A stretch of DNA of 64,000 nucleotides, taken from a virus. Position numbers and translations under genes: made by a program. Position 1 is the first letter of the stretch; each line of letters begins with the position of its first letter. Of this stretch, positions 47,688-57,120 are shown in pieces. The notes below the pieces were generated by a model. It had not been told where the DNA came from. It did not search any database and saw nothing but the letters and a program-made list of their open reading frames with translations. Where the stretch lies: positions 1 through 64,000 of the IMG/VR virus record IMGVR_UViG_3300031857_000076; one strand, given 5' to 3'.

Positions 47688-48840
47688 AAATAAAATAGTG
47701 ATCTAAATCTGTCCAGAATGATTCATTATAGATCACATCTGATGCTCTGTCAACAAAAACTTGATCACAATCAACATGAGCTTTGGAAGGATAACGCTTG
47801 CCGCTGGAAAAAATATCCTTTTTGGTCAAAAATTTCAAATTTGGAATTTGAGATAGCTCACTTACTCTTTCTTGATTTGGTGGTTCGTCAAGTTCAACTC
47901 TAAAATCAAAATAAAAATTACGAATCTCTGCTAACTCTTCTTTATTTTTAGTTGAACAAGAAATATCTAAACCCAAGTTCTTGACTGATTCTAAATATTC
48001 TTTGGAAAAGTCTTTTGTGTTTTGGATTTGAAAAGTGATTTTTTTGATATTGTTTTTGCACTGAGCTAAGAGATTAGTCTCAATTGGTTGACTCGCTATA
48101 ACGTGGCAAGCATAGTTTGAGCACCAAGCAAGTAGATTGTTTTCATTATGAAAATAATCCATTCTGATATTGATGAGTCTATTTTTTAATTCTTCGGCAA
48201 AGCCATAAAAGTCTGGAATGATTTCAACAACAGCTTGTGAATAAAGTTCGCCAATGAATTTGGTGTTGATGCTTTTTGTGTATGGCACATTTAACAATTC
48301 ACACACATTTTTAACAACATCTTCTGGCTTAATGGTATTGATTGATTTGGGCTTTTCGTGATAAGTGTAGCTTGGTTTACGGCCACCGCGATCAGCCTCT
48401 AAGATGCGAACTTTGCTTGGAGTGCTCCAATACGGATTGGCATGGCTTGGATAAATGTGAGAGTAAAGAACAACAATTGGCACATCAAAAGCGCTCGCTT
48501 GATGAACAGGAAAACTATCAATTCCCAAATGAAGGCTTGAATTCTTAACAATGTATGATGTTTGCTTTCTGGAGAAACCAAGGAAAGCTTTGTCAACAAG
48601 AGGCAACTGAGGATCATCGCCGCCGCCAATTTGATAAATTTTGTATCCAAGTGGTCGCAGCAAATTCTTCAAAAGCTCAATAACTTCTGGAAAGAACTCA
48701 TAAAATTTTGAGTCAATTTTGTTATCCACATGAACCGTGATATATTTATCGTCAATCACAGGAATGTAGTGGGTGGGGAAAATTGGTTTGCCGATTTTTA
48801 CCCCTAAACTTTTAGCGTATTCTTGTATTAAATGACTCAT
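47677..48840 (-). CDS. glycosyltransferase, GT9-like
   Basis: YQIGG, HLGIDSFPVH.A, P.V.LY. Confidence 0.75.
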   Translation of the reverse strand: MSHLIQEYAKSLGVKIGKPIFPTHYIPVIDDKYITVHVDNKIDSKFYEFFPEVIELLKNLLRPLGYKIYQIGGGDDPQLPLVDKAFLGFSRKQTSYIVKNSSLHLGIDSFPVHQASAFDVPIVVLYSHIYPSHANPYWSTPSKVRILEADRGGRKPSYTYHEKPKSINTIKPEDVVKNVCELLNVPYTKSINTKFIGELYSQAVVEIIPDFYGFAEELKNRLINIRMDYFHNENNLLAWCSNYACHVIASQPIETNLLAQCKNNIKKITFQIQNTKDFSKEYLESVKNLGLDISCSTKNKEELAEIRNFYFDFRVELDEPPNQERVSELSQIPNLKFLTKKDIFSSGKRYPSKAHVDCDQVFVDRASDVIYNESFWTDLDHYFIYES

Positions 48841-48841
48841 A

Positions 48842-49234
48842 TTAATCTCCTTTTTCAATGCGAATAGAATCGCTATCCTCATGGTGAGTGGAAAACTCAA
48901 TAATTTCTGAATTTTCCAAAGCTAATAGGCGATGCCGCAAACCAACTGGAACATGAAAAATATCTCCTTCATAAAGCTCTTGCATGATAGCTGCATTTAT
49001 ATCGTTGCCAGTTCCATAATAAAGAACAACAGAGCCTTTGTTCACATAGAAGGTTTCAGTTTTCTTTTCGTGGTAATGCCAAGAAAGCTTTTTTCCTTTA
49101 AAAAGAAAAAGAAGTTTGCCGCAATAATCATCGCGATTTACTAACCATTTTTCATATCCCCATCCTTTAGGGACATAGTGTGAAGTTTTGCATCCTTCTT
49201 TAATGAAATTGCAATTGAGTTCGGTCTTTTCCAT
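48842..49234 (-). CDS. cupin (mannose-6-phosphate or sugar isomerase-like)
   Basis: VPKGWGYE, SWHYH..K.ETFYV, HR, EFST. Confidence 0.8.
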   Translation of the reverse strand: MEKTELNCNFIKEGCKTSHYVPKGWGYEKWLVNRDDYCGKLLFLFKGKKLSWHYHEKKTETFYVNKGSVVLYYGTGNDINAAIMQELYEGDIFHVPVGLRHRLLALENSEIIEFSTHHEDSDSIRIEKGD

Positions 49235-51089
49235 TATGTTGATAGGTAAAATGTCTTTGTGTTGTGATGAAAGGTAAGAACGCTAGTTCAAAATATCCTT
49301 TGTGCTCACCTTGCCCTTCCAAGAAAAGAAGATTGTCAAAGATTGGCGAATATGGTAAAATTTTGTGAACGCATGGATGCTCATCTACAATCTCAAAAAA
49401 CTGTGGCAGCGTAATAAAGTAAATATGATGGTCTGGATAAAGTTCTTGCAAATTTTCTAGCAACGCATTCACCATTAATACGTCACCAGCAGATTGAGGC
49501 ATAACAACAGCAATTCTTTTTCCTTCATCATCTTTATCCAAAACATCTCCAATATCAATTGTTTTGGGTTCAATTTTAGCAGCAGTATTTTTAAAATGAT
49601 TTAAAACTTGCTCTCTATTAAGGTCTGATTTGAGCCTTTCAATCCAATGCAAGCAGCCTTGATGATTGCGATCAACTGTTTCTCCAAGAATATTCTTGTA
49701 TAAGTCAATGATCCATTCACAATTATCTTCAATATTTGGAGGTTGATAGTTGGGATTTTTAACTCTCTCTTGAATGCTCCAATCTTCAACAAAAGGCGCA
49801 TTATCAAACATCTCTTCTAATTGCTTGCAAACAACCTCAATAGAGCAATGATTGATTACAAAATCTCTGGCCTTTTTGCCAATTTCAGCACGTTTTTCAG
49901 GCTTCATATTGTAAACTTTTTCTAATTGTTTACAAATGCTAAATGCACTGGTTGATGCCTTAATAAATTGAGTTCCTGGCTCACGATACTCTGACCAATC
50001 CAAGGGCAAGCCTCCACTCTCATCTGTGCAGTAGTCTTCGCCGCAAGAATAATTTGTAACAAGCGTGATGAGTTCAGCGAGTTTGGCTTCTTGAACAGGA
50101 ATCTCTTGTCCTCCGCTTGTGAATGGATGACAATAAACATCCATAAGATTATAAACCTCATTCAATTGAGCCTCATTGACTCCATGAACAATATTGGTTG
50201 TGGAAACGCTTTTTTGAGCTTTGCAGTATGGACAGTTCAAGTCTTGGCCCTGATATGGCTTAATTTCGTATTGGCGGCAATTCTTGCAGAAGTATGTTGT
50301 TAAAACATCAGAATTGTCAATATTCTTTTCTCTCAAGAGTCTTGGAATATCCCATCCCTCCATCCAGTGAGTATGAAGCAATAGCTTGGGTTTTGATTCT
50401 GGATTTTTTGCTTTGAATTCACAAAAACCATCTAAAAGATTTGGGACGCTTTTTCTAAGCTGATTGCGAAACACAAACCCAATAATAAAGTTATCTTTGA
50501 TATTGAATTTTTTTCTCAGGTCGTTTTTAATTTTTGGACCAAGGTTGTAGAACTGGTTGACATCGAGAGTTCCAGGGAGTGTTCTCACATGGCCATATCC
50601 CATCTCTTTTAAAGCCTTTTCTGCGAACGAGGCCCATACAAGATAGTTCTTGACCTTTGGCGCTGCATCAACAGCGTCAGGAAGGATTGGAAGCGAATCT
50701 AGCGTGGTCCAAATGATTGAGGTGATGTGATTCCACCAAGGCTTGTCACAAAAACCATTAAAGGCCCAAATATCTTCAATGCCAAGATAAACATCTGGCT
50801 TTAATTTTTCAATAGCATTGTCAATGCCGTAAGCACCATAATGGGCCGCTCTTTCTTTTCCAGCGTCTCCCTTAATTTGTGCCATGACATTTGGATTTGG
50901 CATGGAACCATAGCACTGCCAAGGTTGAAACTTACAATCTGGCGCATCCCAAGGCAAGCCATTAGCGAATTCTATGAGTTCATATTTGCCAGTTTCATGC
51001 AGTTTGCGTAAAATGTTTTTATTATTTTTCCCGAAGCCAGTAAAGAGTCGCGAAAAATTAGTATGAAATAGAATTCTTTTTTTTCTCAT
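49200..51089 (-). CDS. glycosyltransferase GT4 with C-terminal GT9-like domain
   Basis: TGFG, FRNQLRK, YNLMDVYCHP..SGG.EIP..EA; SAGDVL. Confidence 0.85.
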   Translation of the reverse strand: MRKKRILFHTNFSRLFTGFGKNNKNILRKLHETGKYELIEFANGLPWDAPDCKFQPWQCYGSMPNPNVMAQIKGDAGKERAAHYGAYGIDNAIEKLKPDVYLGIEDIWAFNGFCDKPWWNHITSIIWTTLDSLPILPDAVDAAPKVKNYLVWASFAEKALKEMGYGHVRTLPGTLDVNQFYNLGPKIKNDLRKKFNIKDNFIIGFVFRNQLRKSVPNLLDGFCEFKAKNPESKPKLLLHTHWMEGWDIPRLLREKNIDNSDVLTTYFCKNCRQYEIKPYQGQDLNCPYCKAQKSVSTTNIVHGVNEAQLNEVYNLMDVYCHPFTSGGQEIPVQEAKLAELITLVTNYSCGEDYCTDESGGLPLDWSEYREPGTQFIKASTSAFSICKQLEKVYNMKPEKRAEIGKKARDFVINHCSIEVVCKQLEEMFDNAPFVEDWSIQERVKNPNYQPPNIEDNCEWIIDLYKNILGETVDRNHQGCLHWIERLKSDLNREQVLNHFKNTAAKIEPKTIDIGDVLDKDDEGKRIAVVMPQSAGDVLMVNALLENLQELYPDHHIYFITLPQFFEIVDEHPCVHKILPYSPIFDNLLFLEGQGEHKGYFELAFLPFITTQRHFTYQHNGKDRTQLQFH

Positions 51090-51090
51090 G

Positions 51091-51549
51091 TTATTCTGAG
51101 GCTTGGGCTTTTGATTCAAAAATTTTAACTAGGCAGGTTTCAAGAAACACTCTTAGAGCTTCTGCTTCTGAAAGCTCTACACCCATGCCAAATTTTTGAT
51201 TGCCGTTGCGAGAAACAGAGAACGAGAAGGCATCTGCGCCATCTTTCTTTTTGTATCGAGTCCAAGAGATTTGAGTTTTATTTTCTTCAAATGAGTGAAA
51301 AGCTTTCCATTCGCCATAAGTGCGAATTGCATGAATCAATCCACCAATCTCATTTTCGTTGAGCTTAATGGCTATGGTCTTTTCAGGGTTCTTTTGGTTG
51401 CCAGAAAATGATCCATTTTTTGTTTGCTCATTCCAAGAGAATTGTTGAATACCGTTTACATAAACGGTTGGTTGTCCTTTGGAAGATAGTTGGAAAGAAA
51501 AGGCGCAACCAGTATTTTTGCTATTTGGCTTGTAGAAGGCGAGATTCAT
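51091..51549 (-). CDS. conserved phage protein, possibly Whirly/PC4-like ssDNA-binding
   Basis: FYKPN..TG.A.SF; KL...EIG. Confidence 0.45.
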   Translation of the reverse strand: MNLAFYKPNSKNTGCAFSFQLSSKGQPTVYVNGIQQFSWNEQTKNGSFSGNQKNPEKTIAIKLNENEIGGLIHAIRTYGEWKAFHSFEENKTQISWTRYKKKDGADAFSFSVSRNGNQKFGMGVELSEAEALRVFLETCLVKIFESKAQASE

Positions 51550-51563
51550 ATAGGATAGTAAAT

Positions 51564-52181
51564 TTACTGTTTCAAAAATCTATGATATAAAGCAATAGAT
51601 TGATAATGAACAGAAGTAAATTTATCCTTCATTTCTTTGGACCAAGACTCTCCAGTATATGTTGTGGCCCAAAGTTTTTTATCTCTTTCAATTTTTAAGT
51701 CAAATTGTTTTTCTACAAAATCCTGCGCTTCATGGTAACGATCAAAAACAAATACTTTATCAATAGCTAGTTCACCATTAAGGTGAGTGTATTCGTATTG
51801 ATTAATGTAGTGATTTAAATTCTGAAATGAGTTCTTTTCATCTGATAAGATGAAGTGCTCCAATGAAGGAATCTTCATGGACGATTTCATCTGGTTATAT
51901 AGGCTAGTAACCTGATCAAATGGATTTCTTAATACAGTAAATTTTAAATAAGAATTAATCTGTAAGAATTTGTGATACTCTGAAATATAACTATGAGGGT
52001 GTCCGCGAGGCGTGTTTTTTTCTATGCAACACATTGCGCCTCTGATGGTGAATATCTTATAAGAGTCTTCGTTTAAGTTGGAGCTTTCTGGAAGATGTTT
52101 TTTACAAATAGCAAATTCTAAACTGGAACCTCCAGTTTTAGGAATATGCACAAAGATGGTTTTATAGACCGAAAAAAACAT
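51564..52181 (-). CDS. sulfotransferase (Sulfotransfer_2-like)
   Basis: FVHIPKTGGSSLE; LRNPFDQVTSLY. Confidence 0.85.
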   Translation of the reverse strand: MFFSVYKTIFVHIPKTGGSSLEFAICKKHLPESSNLNEDSYKIFTIRGAMCCIEKNTPRGHPHSYISEYHKFLQINSYLKFTVLRNPFDQVTSLYNQMKSSMKIPSLEHFILSDEKNSFQNLNHYINQYEYTHLNGELAIDKVFVFDRYHEAQDFVEKQFDLKIERDKKLWATTYTGESWSKEMKDKFTSVHYQSIALYHRFLKQ

Positions 52182-52741
52182 TATTCTAGTGTGAAGTGAC
52201 AATACATGTTGGCATAATAATTGCCGTTAAACGATGTTTTACGTCCATGAAGACAGAGAGCAGATTCATAATAAACACATTCTCCAGGTTCTATTAAAAC
52301 TTGATGCTCAACTCCAGAATGGTCCACAATGTCAAATAGCCAAGGTTGCCCATCTAATGCCACGCTCATGTTTACACTAATATGATGCGTTTCTTTTTTA
52401 TCCACATGCATTCCTAAAGTGGCCCCATTCTTATAGAAGCGAATGCCGTAAATGATTCCTTTGGGGTTTAGTTTTGCACCCGACCAAGATGAAAGAGCAT
52501 CATACATTTCTAGTATAACTTGTTTTTTAAGTTCTGGAAATCTCTGCAAGCAAAGTAGGTCTGTGGCAACTTCAAATTGACTTGATTTAATCCACCCTTT
52601 TAAGTCTGGCTTTAGGGTATCAGAATATTCTGGAACTCGCTCATTAATATGATTGGCCAAAACCTCTTGAATCATTTGCCATGATTTTTCTGGAATTTTT
52701 GTTTTATAAAAACCCTTATCAGTAAACTTAGGGATGTTCAT
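52181..52741 (-). CDS. 2OG-Fe(II) oxygenase
   Basis: YGIRFY..GA.L.MHVD...HGR facial triad. Confidence 0.8.
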   Translation of the reverse strand: MNIPKFTDKGFYKTKIPEKSWQMIQEVLANHINERVPEYSDTLKPDLKGWIKSSQFEVATDLLCLQRFPELKKQVILEMYDALSSWSGAKLNPKGIIYGIRFYKNGATLGMHVDKKETHHISVNMSVALDGQPWLFDIVDHSGVEHQVLIEPGECVYYESALCLHGRKTSFNGNYYANMYCHFTLE

Positions 52742-53121
52742 AATTCGACCTTAATGTTTTTGCTCTCAATGGTTTTAGGTTGCTCTGAGGCGTGTTTTGC
52801 ACCATTTCTCTTTTTAGAATAGTCTTCCAAGTATTGCTTTTTAACAGGGTCAACACCGCCAGCTTTCTCTGCTCGTTGAGCACTCATTTCTGCGCTATAA
52901 TTAAGCAAGTCTCCATAAGAACCTTTCTTGGCCGCTGTGCGCTCTACAAACTTCTGTTGACTAAAAGCATCCATCTTTGTATCAATGCTTGCATTGGGCG
53001 AAAAAAACACTCTGTCCCATTTTAGTCCATTTGAATCAACGAATTCATGAATGTCATTCATTCTTTGAATGATTTCAATCTCTTCACCAGTTTGCGGGTT
53101 ACGATAGCAGTATAGCGGCAT
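52738..53121 (-). CDS. FmdB-like small regulatory protein
   Basis: MPLYCY...E.IQRMND. Confidence 0.65.
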   Translation of the reverse strand: MPLYCYRNPQTGEEIEIIQRMNDIHEFVDSNGLKWDRVFFSPNASIDTKMDAFSQQKFVERTAAKKGSYGDLLNYSAEMSAQRAEKAGGVDPVKKQYLEDYSKKRNGAKHASEQPKTIESKNIKVEL

Positions 53122-53136
53122 AACCATTTTAAAACA

Positions 53137-53163
53137 AAAAAGCGGGTTTTTCAACCCGCTTTT
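53137..53163. terminator. intrinsic terminator
   Basis: A5-GCGGGTT-TTTC-AACCCGC-T4. Confidence 0.8.
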
Positions 53164-53167
53164 CTTA

Positions 53168-53413
53168 TTATTGAATTTGAACAACTCTTGTTTCTTTTGG
53201 CTTTTGAGGAATCCTGATTTCTAGGATGCCATCTTCAAGTTTAGCAGAAGTGCTGGTAATCTCATAAGCTTGAGGAATAGTTTCTGCAAGATAACTCGAA
53301 CCATACTTTTCGCTATTTGCTGAAATGATTAAGTAGCGGTTATCGAATTCGATTTGAATTTCGTTTTTCTTATATCCAGGCGCTTGGATTTCTAATACTA
53401 GGTCTTCTTTCAT
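53168..53413 (-). CDS. small heat-shock protein (Hsp20)
   Basis: PGYKKNEI, AKLEDGILEIRIP, VQIQ. Confidence 0.85.
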   Translation of the reverse strand: MKEDLVLEIQAPGYKKNEIQIEFDNRYLIISANSEKYGSSYLAETIPQAYEITSTSAKLEDGILEIRIPQKPKETRVVQIQ

Positions 53414-54480
53414 AGGTGAGAGATGATTTGGTTAAGAGTGTTTTCGTAGGTTAGTTCTTTGGAGAGTTGAATGCCAGCCTCGTTAACTGTTCCAACTTTT
53501 TGCTCTGCTCTTTCAAACGCAGAAATCACAGATTCCTTACTCCAATTCCACATATTTCCTTGATTATACATGTCATTTTCGCGGAAGAAAACTCCATCAT
53601 AAATTGGAATCATACCATTAGGTTCAACAAGAATAGTGTTGGTTTCATTGGCCCAATCTTTGTGAGCGGTTGCATTCAAGACAATTGACCACTTACCTAA
53701 ACAAGTAGCATTGAAAGCTGGCAAGTTCCAACCTTCTGCTCCACTCAAGCCAGTGAGGTCAATGTCAATAGCATTGAGAAAATCATTGACTTCCGCATTG
53801 GTTTGAAGGAATGGCAAGAAGTTGATGTTGCTATACCTCTTTCCTCCAAGAACAGAATCATAAATCTGCTTCATTTGCTCATGCGGCAAGAATGGATTTG
53901 TAACGCAGCAACTTAACAAGTAGCGTGGATTATTACCATATTTTTCTAGCCAAGTTTGAATGATTTTAGCAGTATGTTTGCGATTTTCAAACTTGCCCAT
54001 GAGTCCAAAGTGAATTCTTTCTGGCAAGTATTTTTTACCAGTGACATGAAAGGTTTGGTCAAATCCAAGTTTATATGAGGCGATGTTTTCGCAACCTTCT
54101 TTCCTAAAGGCATTTGCGGCATAATCTCCACAAAATAGAGTTTTTGTCTGTAGATTGGAGAGGGCTTTTTCAACAAATGTTGGTTGAGACGCTTCGTAAA
54201 AAGTAATTAAATATTGCTTTTCAGTTTTGCGATTATCGCTACCGTTTAGATGCCAAAGTTTCAAACTTGGCACTTCTTTCTTCAAGTATAAGAACCGATT
54301 ATTAACTGCGTTTTGAAGCCAATTGGAGAACTCTGGTTCAAGATTGTGAGCAGATGGGTCAACTTTTCCAATGGGGAAAAGACCAACTTGCATATTTTTG
54401 CGCCACATCTCGCGCAGTAGATTAATTGCCACATTTCCAAAGGAAAGGGAATTAATTGGAGCTTCAACAATTAATTGCAT
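53410..54480 (-). CDS. glycosyltransferase GT4-like
   Basis: GKFENRK; SGAEGWNLP. Confidence 0.85.
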   Translation of the reverse strand: MQLIVEAPINSLSFGNVAINLLREMWRKNMQVGLFPIGKVDPSAHNLEPEFSNWLQNAVNNRFLYLKKEVPSLKLWHLNGSDNRKTEKQYLITFYEASQPTFVEKALSNLQTKTLFCGDYAANAFRKEGCENIASYKLGFDQTFHVTGKKYLPERIHFGLMGKFENRKHTAKIIQTWLEKYGNNPRYLLSCCVTNPFLPHEQMKQIYDSVLGGKRYSNINFLPFLQTNAEVNDFLNAIDIDLTGLSGAEGWNLPAFNATCLGKWSIVLNATAHKDWANETNTILVEPNGMIPIYDGVFFRENDMYNQGNMWNWSKESVISAFERAEQKVGTVNEAGIQLSKELTYENTLNQIISHL

Positions 54481-54482
54481 AA

Positions 54483-54926
54483 TTAAAATGGAATGTCATC
54501 ACCCTCTTCACCGCCAGTCCCAGACTCTTCTTCCTCAACTGTGGCTGTGATCTTCTTTGGCGCGACTTTCTTTTCTTTTTGTGTCGGGGAGCTTTCAGTC
54601 TTTTCAGACTTTTCAAATCGAGGAACAAAGTTAACACGATCAGCAACAATAAAGGTCTTGGTAGTTTTCTTACCTTCTTTGTTTTCGTAAGTATCGGTAG
54701 CCAAGCGACCATCAACAATAACACTAGAACCTTTCTTGAGATTTTTGGCGCAAATTTCGCCTTGTTTATCCCAAACATCAACGCTCATATAAAGAGGGTC
54801 TTTGTTTTCATCCTTATAATTTTCGCGATGAGCAATGCGAAGATTGCAAACGCACTTGCCAGTTTTTGTGTATCGAGCTTCGGGGTCAGCGACCAAAAAG
54901 CCGTAGAGAATTGTTTTATTTACCAT
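54483..54926 (-). CDS. ssb: single-stranded DNA-binding protein
   Basis: NK..L.G.L..DPE.RYT, LKKGS.V.V.GRL, C-terminal DDIPF. Confidence 0.95.
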   Translation of the reverse strand: MVNKTILYGFLVADPEARYTKTGKCVCNLRIAHRENYKDENKDPLYMSVDVWDKQGEICAKNLKKGSSVIVDGRLATDTYENKEGKKTTKTFIVADRVNFVPRFEKSEKTESSPTQKEKKVAPKKITATVEEEESGTGGEEGDDIPF

Positions 54927-54934
54927 ATTCGTGT

Positions 54935-55501
54935 TTAATTATTGTTTAATTCGTGTTTAATTTCCTTGATGAACCTATTGTGAATATTAATGCATCCTTG
55001 TATTGATAATTTCAATTTTTTTGCAATTCTTTTCCACGGTGTTAGTTTATTCTTTTTGCAATCTCTATAACGCATTTGAATAATTTTTCTTACCCTTTCA
55101 TCGTGGTATTTGTCTGCCTTATCATAAATCAGTGAGATGATTTCTTGGTTAATATACTCGCCAATATAATCTTTGTCAACTAAATGTTCAGACAAATCAC
55201 CAACATCACAGTATTCATACTTTTTAACCTTGTTATGAATATTCAAGCATTTCCATTTTATTTCGTTGCCTAAATAAGTTGAAAACTTGATTCTTCTGTT
55301 GGGGTCAAACTTTAGAGCCTTCTCATAGATGAAAAGGTCTTTATCGTCAATAATATCGTTTTTATTGATATTTGACTGATCAGAAATTGTTTGGTTAACA
55401 ATCTGTAAATAAATTCCAGAGTGTTTTGCGATCAATTCTTTTAAACAACTTTCGTTGTTATTTATTTTGATTTCTTCGATAAGGGATAAGTCGTCTGCCA
55501 T
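54935..55501 (-). CDS. phage sigma-70-family factor (candidate late sigma)
   Basis: ALKFDPNR.IKFSTYL; C-terminal HTH WKRIAKKLKLS. Confidence 0.75.
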   Translation of the reverse strand: MADDLSLIEEIKINNNESCLKELIAKHSGIYLQIVNQTISDQSNINKNDIIDDKDLFIYEKALKFDPNRRIKFSTYLGNEIKWKCLNIHNKVKKYEYCDVGDLSEHLVDKDYIGEYINQEIISLIYDKADKYHDERVRKIIQMRYRDCKKNKLTPWKRIAKKLKLSIQGCINIHNRFIKEIKHELNNN

Positions 55502-56076
55502 TGTGTGATTTCCTCCGAGTCGAAGCATTGTTCAAAAATAGCCCAGCTATATTCAGAAAGCGAGAATGGATTGTCTTTTTCCTTGCTTTCTTCTACTGTT
55601 TGCCAAACATAAGACAAGTTGGCTTGTGCTTGTAGAATAGGGTCATTTTCAAGCTCTTCTGAATTTGCTGGTTTGATGAGATTGTTTTCTTTGTCAAGCC
55701 TCGCAATATGAATAAGAAAGCCATTTTTTTGAATCCAATCAGCCTCGTTCTTGTATCGAACGTCAGAAATGATTGCGATTTCGTTATTTTTTAAATATGA
55801 AGAAAGAGTATCAATCCAGCAGTTCTCATTGAGCGCTCTGCGAATATGCGTGCCATAAGCAACAAGAAATGGACGAATCATTTTCTTTTCGTCATCATTT
55901 TGAGTGAAGGAGTCTAATCCAGTTTTCTTTTTAAGAAATGGTCGCACTTCTCTCTTTAGCTCATCTGCAAAAGCATATCTCTTGGCTTTGATGCCAAGAT
56001 GTTTAAAAATTTTTACAAAGTTGTTGGCAAGAGTGTCTTTGCCACTTCGGGCTACTCCTGAAATTCCAATAATCAT
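55462..56076 (-). CDS. deoxynucleoside monophosphate kinase
   Basis: GISGVARSGKDT, FADELK, ISDVRY.NE. Confidence 0.88.
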   Translation of the reverse strand: MIIGISGVARSGKDTLANNFVKIFKHLGIKAKRYAFADELKREVRPFLKKKTGLDSFTQNDDEKKMIRPFLVAYGTHIRRALNENCWIDTLSSYLKNNEIAIISDVRYKNEADWIQKNGFLIHIARLDKENNLIKPANSEELENDPILQAQANLSYVWQTVEESKEKDNPFSLSEYSWAIFEQCFDSEEITQWQTTYPLSKKSK

Positions 56077-56606
56077 AAGCCAGTGCTGCCAAAGCCTCCT
56101 TCGTTTCTTTCTGTTTGTTCAAGCTCTTCAACAAATTCAATAGATGGGTGAAAATGCTTTTGAAATACTAATTGGCAAACTTTATCACCTTTTTGATAAA
56201 TTTTATTTTCATTAACTATACAGAGAATTTTATTATCAAAAAATACTAAATCTTCTGGCTGCATGATATACTTAAATCTAACTTTAATTGTAGATCGAAA
56301 ACCAGAGTCAACAACTCCAATGGAGTTTGCTAAAAGCAAGTTATATTTGCTCACGCTTGATCTTGGAAAAACAAGAGTGTAGATGTCTTCATTTGGCGAA
56401 TTGACTGGTTGAAAGCCGTCAACCTTGACGTTTAAATCATACTCAATGTAATCAATTCTTTTGTAAATGTTGGTGTCTTCAAAACATTCACCAACAATTT
56501 TTGGATTTGAAGCTGCAACTACATCATATCCAACATCGCCATCATGGGCAGGATGGGATAAATTTGAATCTTGATCAACAACATAAAGCAGGTCAGGAAA
56601 ATTCAT
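56073..56606 (-). CDS. dut: dUTPase
   Basis: GYD, PRSS, NSIGVVDSG.R, GDKVCQL, RNEGGFGSTG. Confidence 0.92.
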   Translation of the reverse strand: MNFPDLLYVVDQDSNLSHPAHDGDVGYDVVAASNPKIVGECFEDTNIYKRIDYIEYDLNVKVDGFQPVNSPNEDIYTLVFPRSSVSKYNLLLANSIGVVDSGFRSTIKVRFKYIMQPEDLVFFDNKILCIVNENKIYQKGDKVCQLVFQKHFHPSIEFVEELEQTERNEGGFGSTGL

Positions 56607-56880
56607 TATCTAAATTTTTAGCGAGTTCGTAGTGGCCATTGTTTGCTAAAATAGCCGCTGTATGAACATACGAAATATTTTCTAAATCTTCCTGAATTTC
56701 TTGACAAGACATTAAAAAACCAAGACTGATATTTTCAAGACCAGCTTCTTTGTAGCAAGCCATTGCTTGTTCTAGTGCTTTTGAGCAAGCATCTGTAACG
56801 TCTTCTGCGTTAACTACACACTCCCAATCGCCACTTTGGACAAGGAAGATTTTTTGTTTGAAGTTTTTGAGGATAACCAT
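56593..56880 (-). CDS. hypothetical protein
   Basis: ORF. Confidence 0.65.
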   Translation of the reverse strand: MVILKNFKQKIFLVQSGDWECVVNAEDVTDACSKALEQAMACYKEAGLENISLGFLMSCQEIQEDLENISYVHTAAILANNGHYELAKNLDNEFS

Positions 56881-57087
56881 ATCTCAACTTCTTCCAGAAA
56901 ACATCTTCTGTCAAGAAGATTTTTCTATATTTATACGATATATACTTTAAAGAAACTTTAGTATAAATATTATTTTAAGGACTATTTACGTTCGGCAAGG
57001 AAAGAACGCTAGGGATACGAAGGGAGAGGGGGTATTTCTTTCAAAAAATGTGAAAAAAGTTTGAGAAATTTTTCTGTTTCAAAATTC

Positions 57088-57115
57088 TTGACAGCGACCA
57101 ACCAGTGTGTAATAT
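57088..57115 (+). promoter_or_regulatory. overlapping TTGACA-N16-TAATAT and GTGTAA promoters of nrdB
   Basis: -10 box 5 nt before ATG 57121; GTGTAA at 57107. Confidence 0.7.
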
Positions 57116-57120
57116 ATCGT

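Noticed and set aside
52181-52741. TET/JBP DNA oxygenase call
   Set aside because: The motifs fit a generic or P4H-related 2OG oxygenase; a TET/JBP assignment cannot be supported by eye
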